From Catajapyx aquilonaris (lineage: Eukaryota), in NCBI GenBank assembly GCA_000934665.2, contig KZ538282.1:62001-88253 (forward strand): DNA of 26,253 nt. The letters are read 5' to 3'. Below are positions 1 through 10,700 of the stretch, one piece after another. The notes below the pieces were generated by a model. It had not been told where the DNA came from and did no database searches. It was given only the letters and a program-made list of their open reading frames with translations. How positions within the stretch are numbered: position 1 is the first letter of the stretch; each line of letters starts with the position of its first letter. Both the position numbers and the translations under genes were made by a program.

Positions 1-771
1 TCGTGGATGATGGAAGAGGACGTTTACGGTAATTGGATGCTCCTTTCTCCACCCCTACCCCCTCTCCCCTAAAACGAGTTCCAGAAATCCATTGAGACGA
101 GTACCCGAGTAGCGAGCGCCAGAGAGAGGGACACGGGGAGAGAGTTGCTCTTTGTGATTACTCGCACGTACTTTCGTGCAAACTTTTCTTCAATTTCGGA
201 TGGTTGATGGCAACACAAATTGTCTTTCAGGTATTACCGGGATGGAGTCGCGTGAGCTCTTCCGCATTACGCATGTGAAAGAGGAGGTTGGTGGAAACGA
301 GTCCCCTTTGAACGGGAAATAGATACCCACCACCCCCTGTAGCAAACCAAGTTCTGTATGAAAAAAAACACAGTTCCTATTCTTCTTGTTCTTGTTCCCA
401 AGTCCCAACTCTCCTCTTAGCAACTTCGGCGCTGACTTGCCCTTTTAATCGATAGCTTTCCAAACTGAGCCGGCGTGGATTGGAGGGAAAATCGTTTGAC
501 TCGGAGGGATCTGACAGTTCTTTAGTGCGGGCAAAAACAACCCAACGGATCCCTTGGGTGACTATAGGTGACACTGTCTGGAAAACAACTCCTCTCAACA
601 GATTCGGTCCAGGGCAGCTCGGACCATTGTTATACCTTAGCGACAAGCAGATTAATCAAACCACTATTCAACCTTGTTTTTGTCTAATTAGCGGGGGGCA
701 ATTCAGGATTCGTTAGTCTTGCATGCTAATTAGGACTGGTACTTTGGCGAGGGAGAAATCTGGTAACTCAC

Positions 772-1032
772 ATTTAACATCAACTTCTACTCGGAGTGTG
801 TCGCTAGATCCCAGCGTATTTTTGGCCTCGCAGACATAGGTACCGGCGTGTCTTCGGCCGACAGGACGGAACTCGACGGACTCTTGGAAGTTGTAAGTGT
901 CGGCACTGCCCAGCTTTCGCCAGACGATGTGAGCCGGTGGGTTTGCATCAGCGGTGCACCGTAATGTCAGTGCGTCCTTTCCTTCCTCCAGATCGGCGTT
1001 AGGGCTGCCTTGGAGTTTGGCGATGGGTAGAT
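772..1032 (-). CDS. Internal exon C of IgSF cell-adhesion gene (one complete Ig domain)
   Basis: Acceptor catcccatttttttgcag|AT and donor AAAT|gtgagt; 261 nt, phase 1-1. Translates (Y)LPIAKLQGSPNADLEEGKDALTLRCTADANPPAHIVWRKLGSADTYNFQESVEFRPVGRRHAGTYVCEAKNTLGSSDTLRVEVDVK, with the C..ANP..W..GxYxC Ig motifs. Lies within ORF 713..1162. Confidence 0.95.
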
Positions 1033-2325
1033 CTGCAAAAAAATGGGATGACAAACGAACGTCAATTGTGGTGGGTAAAGTTGGGCGGTGAATGCACTCT
1101 AGCACATGTGGATTCCAGCTCAGGAGGCCGTTTCTATTCCCGGTTGAAGCCTTGGCCTGCACCTAAGCTCACCGCAGGCCTTACTAATGGGCGTCCGCCG
1201 GAGGAAACTAATTGGCTGCCATGTAGTTGGCGGTTAACAGGAACGCCGCGCCATTTATTTTAGCCTACAGTTATTCTCCATTGCGAGTCTGTGTATGAAG
1301 ATGTAAATCTGCAGGGAGGGAGAGTGCAGGTGTTTGAAATTTTCTCTCCAATTTCCATACCCTTTCCATCAAAGCCACCCGGATGCCTAGGACTACATTC
1401 CATGTATCTCGAAACAATATTCCTGAGAACCAGTAAAGCTAGCGCACTGTATGCCAACTGTTCATAGCCTGCTTCCATAATATTAACTTAGCGATGGAGT
1501 CCAATAGTGTACAACCACTACCAGGAATGTACAGTACATGTGTAGATACCGTGCTTGACCCCCTAATCTGGTCCCCATCGAGGTAATCGTGGAAGCGGAA
1601 AATAATCAATTCGCACCCTCTCACTTTCGTGCCAAAAGTGATTACGCGCCGCTTTTCTGCCCTGATTAAGTTGCTGCACCTAAGTGGATGTTGATGGCGT
1701 TTAGCACTCGACAACAGGTTGACTCGCTTTTGTTCCGCCACTGCGGCGTAGTACGTGGGCATCAGCAAAATGAGATTGCACTCATACATGCCCCGGCCTA
1801 CTCGACTGGAGGACATCTTTGTCGCAGCGAGAACGCCGCGCTTACAGGCCTCTCAATTTCACCGCAACGGCCTTACAAGTGGCTGCTTTTAAGCGTTCAT
1901 CCTGCCATGTCGGTTACCTATGCGCTTCTCTTGTTCGCCGCATTGCCTGGAAGTCAGGGGCTTCTTTTGCACCCATATGACACGCCCAGATAATTATTAT
2001 CTAATGGAAAGTACGCCGAGGATCCTAATCCCATTCAGTTGCCTTTATTACTTAACAACAATCAAATTCGCACTTTCTAAGCTGCATTATTTAACATATA
2101 CAGGGAGTAATCAGCTTTAAATATGCGTCATATACGAGGATACTGTAATCGACAGGGGTGGATAATATCCTGTCGATTGAATTAATAATGCAAGTGAGTA
2201 ATGGCTCAGAACACAACACTGAATTTTAAAATTTTAAACGCTATTATTAGTTCGGCTTACTTATTTACACCTAAAATAGCCCGAGGGCCGCGACCGGTTG
2301 CATCTGTGCAAGATTCAGATTTAGG

Positions 2326-2480
2326 CAGGGTTGGCTGGTTTAAATCAAGTGGTTTAAAACAAATAAAACATCATGGTTTTTTAATGAAAAGTAATCCCAA
2401 TTACTGCTAAAATTTACTTATTTGTTACTGCAAAATTATCCAAATTAAATCATTCAATAATCTATTTAAATTAACCTAAT
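2326..2480 (+). mobile_element. Possible hAT-like element left end
   Basis: CAGGGTTGG start followed by repeated GGTTTAAA motifs and a shift to AT-rich sequence. No CAACCCTG partner was seen. Confidence 0.35.
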
Positions 2481-2485
2481 GAGTA

Positions 2486-3052
2486 GGGTCAGGTGGGGTA
2501 AAATGGGTAGTTTTTTATGCAGAGAGTACTTCCTTTGTTACTGACACTACACTACTACATAGATGAAAAAAGGGTCCTAAATAATATTTTTATCCAGTTA
2601 CATGCTTTGTGAATACACGAAAAACTCTCCAATTTTATTTATATTAATTAGATATTAGTATAGATATTTTTCTCCAAGCTAGGTAAAGGATCTTGAAGGG
2701 ATATTATTATATAGGTCTAAAATTGCCCTTTTAATTTTCTTACTGTAGGTTTTAAGCAAAATGGGGGTAAAATATGAATTTTATCCCCAGAGTTACCCAT
2801 TTTATCCCCACCCCTGGGATAACATGGGTATAAAGCACGAGTGCAAAATTTATTTTTGTTATAATGCTTAATTTTATATGAAAAAGTAAGGCATTCTTCT
2901 TTCAATAAGCACGTTGTATGTAGTAAAATATAATAATGTGGATATACTTATATCCACCTATTAATTGAAATTGAACAAATAAAAAAAAGTGTTTTTATAC
3001 CCATTTTACCCCACCTCCCTCTTTTTTATACCCATTTTACCCCACCTCCCTC
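2486..3052. mobile_element. Non-autonomous TIR DNA transposon (567 bp, TA flanks; probably Tc1/mariner-pogo superfamily)
   Basis: Left end GGGTCAGGTGGGGTAAAATGGGTA is the inverted match of right end TACCCATTTTACCCCACCTCCCTC. TA lies at 2484-2485 and 3053-3054. The interior is AT-rich and non-coding, with TIR-like copies near 2762-2772 and 2795-2813. Confidence 0.75.
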
Positions 3053-3053
3053 T
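2992..3053 (+). repeat. Perfect 31-bp tandem duplication of the element's right end
   Basis: tttttatacccattttaccccacctccctct occurs at 2992-3022 and 3023-3053. Confidence 0.95.
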
Positions 3054-3170
3054 AATTAACGATTCCATGGGCAATTACCTTCCAAAGGGCAATTCCCATT
3101 AGTTTTAGTATTGTGCAGTATTATACAATGCCACTATTTTGTTATTTGTTTACTTATATTGTAACATTTA

Positions 3171-3317
3171 GGGCCTTTTTCTCGAACAGTGGTTCAAATG
3201 TAAACCGGGTTCAAAGCCAGTTTAATCCCTGATTTGATTGTTGTTAGGCTGTTGTCAAGGGTTTAAACCGGCTTTGAACCGGGTTTACATTTGAACCACT
3301 GTTCGAGAAAACGGCCC
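3171..3317. mobile_element. Tourist-like (PIF/Harbinger) MITE, 147 bp, TTA target-site duplication
   Basis: Near-perfect inverted arms of about 60 bp (GGGCCTTTTTCTCGAACAGTGGTTCAAATGTAAACC...GGTTTACATTTGAACCACTGTTCGAGAAAACGGCCC), with TTA at 3168-3170 and 3318-3320. GGGCC termini and a TWA TSD are Harbinger hallmarks. Confidence 0.9.
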
Positions 3318-3455
3318 TTAAGCAACATTTCTGCATGAAATCTCTACATTGTAGTTTTCAAAATAATACCATATTTTGTGATTCAGCTTACAATTTGGCA
3401 GATAATTATAATTTTGAGAAAGATACGTTTTCTTAATCAAAAGTATAACTTATTA

Positions 3456-3593
3456 CAGTTGAATCCGGATATAACAGACTTCAAGGGGACCACGGAAATC
3501 AGTCTGTTATAACCAAGGTTTGTTACAGCCGAATAACCGAAAGCAAGACCGAAAGTATGTTACAGCCAGGGCTATTATATCCGGATTCAACTG
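3456..3593. mobile_element. Tc1/mariner (pogo/Tigger-type) MITE, 138 bp, TA target-site duplication
   Basis: Perfect 19-bp TIR CAGTTGAATCCGGATATAA...TTATATCCGGATTCAACTG, with TA at 3454-3455 and 3594-3595. Subterminal TGTTA(T/C)A(A/G)CC motifs are repeated. Confidence 0.9.
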
Positions 3594-3722
3594 TACGTAC
3601 AGTACCTCACTATGAGTTGAGAATATGTACAGTACGTAGATGATAAGAAGTCACAACTTGTTTAAATTAATTTAAACCAAAATTTTTGAAATTAAACCTG
3701 GTTTAAACAAAAAAATTCAATC

Positions 3723-3766
3723 GATCCATATCTAAATCCAGGACCTGGATTTAGATATTATGGATC
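3723..3766. repeat. Short palindrome/hairpin
   Basis: ATATCTAAATCCAGG-A-CCTGGATTTAGATAT: perfect 15-bp arms (3728-3742, 3744-3758), extended by GATCC/GGATC across a bulge. Confidence 0.9.
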
Positions 3767-6404
3767 ACTTGTTATTAATTATTATTAGTTTATTTTTGAC
3801 AATCAATATAAGAGTAGACCCCCATACCTGAACCTAAATCTTGCGCTGGTGCAACCGGCCTCAACAAGTCCCAATAATCTAATGAATGTTTTATCTTCCC
3901 TTACAGTTAGATTACAAGATTGTTGAATAATATAACCCCAAGGTACTGTACAGGAATTCCTAACTAAAAACCCAGAAATGTCTAGGATGGCCAGGAGCTC
4001 TCCAGATGATTTAAAACTTTCCAGGTAAACTCCGCCGGGTAACATATGTATTCCCATCCACAGTGAAAGGAGGCATGCACACCGCAGTCCTGCCATGCCG
4101 GTATACCACTCATTTCTAAATTTACGTTCCTGCAAACCTTTGCTTTCCCGATAAGTGAACGCGACATGAAATTAGGCCTCTGTGAATTTTGCACAGACAA
4201 AATTAATTAATTTCCGACCAGTCGGCGCTAACAAATTAACGCTTGCGGAAGAGCTAGAAAAAAAAAAACGCACAACGGTGGAAACTCGGAACAAATTCCC
4301 TACTCACGCAATCGAACTTGGTTTCGCTGCGGTAATGAAACAAAAATAGTTTGGAAAACGCAAAAGCCCGGTTGAAAATTCGGGAGTGAATAAAGCCAGC
4401 TGTATGGCTGTGACTGGCAGAATGTCTCCCCCCAACTCCTTTCTCTGGCCTAAAAGAAGTCGCTAGACTCATGGAAAACGATATCTCTCCGGAAAGGCGT
4501 GCCGGAATTCAGTGGGTGCCTAGATGAATTACTCTGCTAGATCTTTGGTAAATACGGTTTCTTTAGCTGAATGGATAATGAGCTTTAATCGTGGCCAGAC
4601 CCAATTGAGACTGGGTGGACTCTCGCGAGGCCTGCAACAACACAGTTGCGGAAATCGAACCTGGGAGAGCCAAATCCTCTTGGGGAGGAGAAGCCTATAT
4701 ATGCGCTGGAAATTATGCAATTTGGGACCGCCAACTTTTCCAGGCCGCCTTGCTCTACACAGTCGCGGCTCCCAAGCTTGCAGGTTGTAAAGTTTTATGG
4801 GCTACCTTGTAGCATTCCCCTTCCACAGGGCTCATCAAAGACCCTACGCTCGTGGCGACTGCCCTTTCAAAGGGGCATGAAAAAAGAAATGGAAAAAAGA
4901 GACAAAGAGATGGGTGTGGAGGAGGAGGAGGAAGGGGTGATGGCAGACATTCTTTTACGATGCTGTTGGGACTAACCCGTATCACTACTTGTGGCTTACT
5001 TTGAATAAAGACTATGTACAAATGTGGGCACCGTATATAGTCATATGATGAAATAGTCAGCTGATGTCACTAAGGTTCTTTGTTTATCTTTCCATGCCGT
5101 AATTCCGCATAGGAGCGCATCCGTGCGCAAGCGTAATACAAAATGGCGCCTGGCACGTGTAGTCCGGAATGCTACTTGGCGGCAGAAAGAAGTCTTTGAC
5201 TGGTGGATGGGCTCTCAAACTCTCTCCCAAGCGCGGATATGACCCTCCGTGCTGGGGATAATGCCTTTCAGCCGGAATTTATCAGGTGGAAACACCCATT
5301 GTCATTATACGATACTGTAAGGCATTCTGAAAGGCGTGCATGCGAGGAAAAGTCATTCGTTCCTTAGTTCGATGTTCGTTCAACAATACGGCTGTAGGGG
5401 TCACGGGACATGAGGATCGTACAGTACATTACACTGGAGTAATTTGCAATATGCCTCTTGTAGATGACCCATTGATGTCCGCAAGCTAATAGAAAATTCT
5501 TGCAATCACGTCCTGACACGTTTGGCATGGGCGATCCTCCCTTGACACCTACGTAGATTAGCATGAAGATATGGACTTCACAGGAATGGAAATGGGAGGG
5601 CAACGCTGACAGTCTCCGTATAAAAAATTCCGTGACTAAAACTTGCGACGGCACGTTCCAAAAAAAGAGGCTTTCCGGACGTAATATTCTAGTCACTTTG
5701 AGCTACAAATCTTTTGAACGCGTAGAAGATTGCGGCAAAAAGTACAGCTGCATAAGCAAGGTTTTTAGTCCAAATATAAAGTTCTTGCCAAAAAAAAGGT
5801 ACAGTCATATAAAAAATACTCCAGAAGAGGCTACGATTCGCACTCTACTCCATCTCCATTATTTCCTTGCAGCATAAATGCATGACTAACATACTAAAGG
5901 GCCAATCCACAAAGGCCGGAACTAGTCAGAAGTTATATGTATGCATGTAAGTAGTCTATGTATGTGTGTACATAATTATGTACAATAAACTTGTGCGAAC
6001 TTGTTATAAAAGTTTGACAGCAGAAGCAAATCAAATGGTACTGCATAAAGTATATCGTTATTGTGAAAGTATATCGACTACAGTATATGCCGTGTCGTCG
6101 CCTCGCAATTTCCAGAGCGATAAACCTGAACTGGCATTGTATGATCACAGGAGTACGCCGTAAGGCCTTGCAAAAACACACAGTAATACCATGGTCAACA
6201 CAGAAGCCTCTGCAAACATGAGCTTCGGTGTACAATAGAGTGGTGGCCGGCATGTCCCCACCGACAAAAAAGAAATAAATCATCCTTATGCTGCAGGATT
6301 TGCTCACCACATAAATCCACAGTTTCCTGCATGTTTGTTTGTTTATTTGAGTGAAAAGGAATTGAAGCAACTCAGGCTACTTTTCTATTATAAGGCGCAT
6401 AGAG

Positions 6405-6681
6405 GAGACAGATGGAGACACAAAGAAATGAAGAAAAGGCAGGGTTTTAATTCGTGTTTTTTTACTTGACAATTAGGGTCCTCAACACACGAGTGATTAA
6501 ATAAAATTTTACAGATTTGATGCTTAAAAATAAAATTACTCCAACCATAGCATTGCTCATTAAAAAGTAATTGCTCTATTCCGTGAGGAGACAATGTACA
6601 ATCTCCAGAACAAAAACAACAGCTAAAAACATCAATATAAAAGAGACAGATGGAGATACAAACGAATAGAGAAAAGACAGG
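6405..6681 (+). repeat. Diverged 39-bp direct repeat pair (6405-6443, 6643-6681)
   Basis: gagacagatggagacacaaagaaatgaagaaaaggcagg vs gagacagatggagatacaaacgaatagagaaaagacagg: 33/39 identical, ungapped. Confidence 0.85.
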
Positions 6682-7697
6682 AAAGGCGTTTTCTCTCTAG
6701 CTGTCTGTCTCTTACCCCCATGAAGACCGTTGTGGCTTGCCTCTTCTTCATGCATATACTGTGCAGACCATATGTGCCCTTGCCCTTTTCATCCTAAAAT
6801 ATCCCAAGCCTCGTTCCAACACCACTTCTTCCATGCATCTAAGAGCGAACAACTCCCCAGACTACATTCTCCTTAAGATTAATTAGGTTTTGACAGTTGT
6901 GGCATGAATATGCAAACGAGTCGCGGTGCTTTTCTCCTCGTCCGCGAGTATGGAAATGGCTACAGGGTTGGCAAGCCTGGCAGGTGGACTGGCCGCAGTG
7001 CCGAATATGGCCGCCGCCACCTGTAAATAATTCATGTCGGCGCGTTATCTTGACCAGGCCACGAGGTCGGAATGGGAAAGGACCCGGCGGCAATTCCCCT
7101 CTCCCAATGCTCCATCTCACTATTTAACATTGCGGTGGAGAATTATGCAGGTAATTCTTCTAGCCGAGTGTGCCCACGCACGTACCTAATAATACGGATG
7201 GGCCGTTGCTGTGACACAGGACGTGATTAAATCAGCTTAAAACGGCTCTGGTTTCAGTGCTTTTCCTACCCTGATTACGCTTACGTGTAAGCTCATTGTA
7301 AATGCGAAGAGGTGGAGCCTGTCTATATATTTTTTTCCAGCCTACCCTCGTTGTTGTTGACATAAATAATAGCACCAGTTGACCTAGTCTCTCACAACAT
7401 GAAAGCCGCCAGTTTGTGTAGTACTTGACGCCGATTTTGAACCCCCAGCTCTGTTGGGACCTCTCTCTAACCTGTGAACTGGCAAAAGTTTGGGCACAAG
7501 AAAAACAATATTGCAGACAAGCTCGAATATTTCTAGTGGCTGCTGCAAAGAAGATTGTCAAGATTGGGAGGGAAAATGGGGGCGCTAAAGAAGGAGATTG
7601 GAGGCGGCTTGAAAATCCTCTTAATTACGCGTCTAGGAGGCTGGTGTTGGATCAAAAGGCCGGGGTAGCTATCTGGTGTTGTGCCCGCCAAACGGCA

Positions 7698-7719
<22 letters not shown>
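7698..7719 (+). repeat. (AG)11 microsatellite
   Basis: Read directly; a degenerate GA tail continues to about 7732. Confidence 0.95.
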
Positions 7720-7729
<10 letters not shown>

Positions 7730-10700
7730 AGACCCCCACCAATCAATATCAAGGCTGCAGCTTCTGCTACTGCTCCAAGAAACATTTTCCAACTGCCGAA
7801 ATAATCCGGGAGTGGGTTTTTCTAAAGAAGCCTTGCCTTCCAATTCCCCATTTTGCACAAATTTTTGACGCTGAGCGTAGCCATGGAGGTTGATTCGCTT
7901 TCGCTCTCCCCCCAGTATCTTTTCATTTGATCCGGCCAAAGTGCAGACTTGGAGGAAAAGAAGCGGAAAAGAGGTGAGGCAGGTTTTTTGGGCACAACCG
8001 GAGCCAAATGATGGATTTTTTTTCGAAACATATAAATTCAGTCCTGAAAGAGTTGCAGCTGCACGCCTGCACGTTGGCAAGGATTATTTGCTAGTCCCTG
8101 ATAACACTAGGAGAGGAGTTTTCGTTTTTTAACATGTCCACGACTTCCATTAGCGAGTCTGACAAGAGCCGTGTTAATCCGGTTCATCCTTGCCGGTGCA
8201 GGTATAAATAAACGAGGCCTTGTTCTTCCTGCTTCTCTCCAGGGGGGATAGGTATTCTTGGGGGGGTTGGTCCCGGATTTCCTTGGCCCCATAATATTCC
8301 AAAACATAACGCCAACTTGCAAAAGACTTGTTCTCCAGCCACTTGCCCAGCCACACAAAGGGCGAAGGCAACATTATTCCGGCTTTCATCTCATAAGGAA
8401 ATTACCTTGTTTACATCCCCGGGTTTATAACACCGGCTACAATGCAATGCAGACGGCCTCCAGTGTCGTGCACTTATACCCCCCTCCCCCCCCCCCTAAA
8501 ATAATGAGAGAGAGTCTACAAGATTCAAGGAGGTAGATGCTGGGTCTCTGAAGGAAAACAGTGTTCGACAAGCAATTACATGAGATTAGTTGCTCTGCAC
8601 ATCTCTCTTCAGCATCCGGACTACATTCAAGCCAACTCCCAGACTGTAGGAATAAATAAATGCAAGGCAGAGACGGCAGCGCTTGTCAACACAGCCCACG
8701 TTCCACACGGGAGAAACTTTATCCTCCATAATAGGAAAAGGGGGAGGTTCCCCAAAACTTGGATGGGGAGTTTTATAGGCACATCCCTGGCTCAGATGAT
8801 ATACCGGTACCTGACTTGCGGAAGAGAAGACACGGGCTCGTCTAGGCCCGAAATTTGATTTGGGCTAGAAGGATGCGGGGGATCCAGGGTTAACTCGGCG
8901 TTAAATTGCTAGATTTCTGGGACGACTAGTGTAGTCACTGCCTACTGCCAAACTGAAATCCTTGGCTTGTCAGACGTACGTATGCTTTTATGGTCATCCC
9001 TTTTGCTAGGTTTTGTACCAGTTTCTGTGCAGGAAGGAACGTGGGCCGCACATTTTTGGGACGAATTCTCGGCACCCTTTAGGGTCTTGCAGTAGGCCAA
9101 TATGCGAGCCCACTCCTCGTACTTTAACAAGGTGGCATTTCCAATGATACTGCCTTTTAAATTATTTAACGTACTCTGTAGACAACTAATGCTCCAATGC
9201 AAGAAATGTATAATTTACTCCTCTCTTAAAGAGGAGTGTTACGCCCGTTGCATAAAGCTTTCTAAAATTTACAAACGAAAAGAAGTTGCTGACGCCATGA
9301 GCCAGCACTTAAATTTTTCTACCAGTTTTCACCTATATGTCAAATGATGGTTGTAGCGCTCCAGGATAGTGAACCGAACCTAAGTTTGACCGAAACTTTT
9401 CGACAACCACTACTGTTAACAATGTGTTAATAAATGGCACCGAAAATAGTGACGTTAGTGTCAAGAGGTATTTCGAAAGTCCCTATAGTAAAATATAGCG
9501 TCCTGGAGAAATCAGTTGGTCGCCTTCCTTCCTGCCTTGTTTTCCGGAAAACGAAGGCTGCTTGAGACAAGAAAGGAGGAAGTCGGTAATTATGCAGGAT
9601 GACAGCTTGTTCGGGAATCGATTGGAACAAAACTGGGTGATGAGAATGGTGAGGCTTGGTGCGGTGGCCGTGGTGTGCTTCTGGTGAATATTCACCGCAG
9701 GAACTTTTGCCTTGATCATCCATCTTTTCACCCTCCCTCCTTGCTTCGGATGAATAAGCGCTCTAATGGAGCTCACACAAGATTTCATCTTCAGGTTTTG
9801 ACAAGTGGGGAAGCTCGAGCGGCAAAAGAATTAAAACTCAAACCTGGAGATGAGGGGCGGAGGAAGCGGGGAAAAAAGGAGAAAAACTTGGCTGTGCTAG
9901 AACTTTTGCAGTAATTAATACCTCCTATATACCGCAGGCCTGTACTCTATTGCCCGCCTTTCTGCAAAAGGGGCACGATTAGGAAGAGTCAGAGACAAAA
10001 AAGAGGATTTTCCTGGACGGGATTATACATGAAAATGCAGCAAATAACGAGAGAATGAAGGCAGAATGAGATGGCGCCTGAGACGCCTGCGGGACACTCC
10101 TCCGCACCCCTGAAGCAGGCACTTCAAAGCCATCCCTAGGAGCAGCTCATGGCTTGTCATACAGACAACTAGCATTACTTTGAAGTAGGCTCAAAGGAAC
10201 TGCCACTGGCTGATCTACTCTTCTGCTGATGCAGCCTGCTCTCACCTGATGTTTCCAACACTCCAGACAGATCGAGCGTGCCGGTACATCGACACCGTCA
10301 TAGTCTGTGACCTCATGATTCAGATCCCCTGAGGCGTAGAAATCCTGCTCTAATCCAGTGCTCCAGGTAGGTAAGGGAACTTACTCCTCCCCGGCTAATT
10401 AGCCCAGAGACGAAAGGCGCCAAGAGCTCTTTCTACCTTCACTCGTCTACCCCTAAATATGAGTCGTAACCTGCCAGCGGCCTGAAAAGCACAGACCGTT
10501 TCCTTACGAAGCTGGAGGAACAAAAGCTCGGTTTTCCACGATGAGCCCGGCCCTCCTATACGTATACGAGGCGGGAGTTGAGTGTAAGCGCCGCCGCTGG
10601 GTTTTGGTGTAAAGGCGGAGTAAACGCACTAACTGCCACTAAATCTTCCATTATGAAGAGGCACTTTAAGGGCGGAGAAGGGGAAGAGAAGGAAAAGCGC

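Noticed and set aside
5967..5984. Perfect 18-bp palindrome TGTACATAATTATGTACA
   Set aside because: Lies in low-complexity TA/TG sequence; plausible by chance.
5139..7732. Polycomb response element idea (Pho-type AAAATGGCG plus GA repeats)
   Set aside because: The motifs are kilobases apart rather than clustered.
9365..9412. hAT-like end (CCGAA repeats, CGACAACCACTA)
   Set aside because: No partner TIR or 8-bp TSD identifiable.
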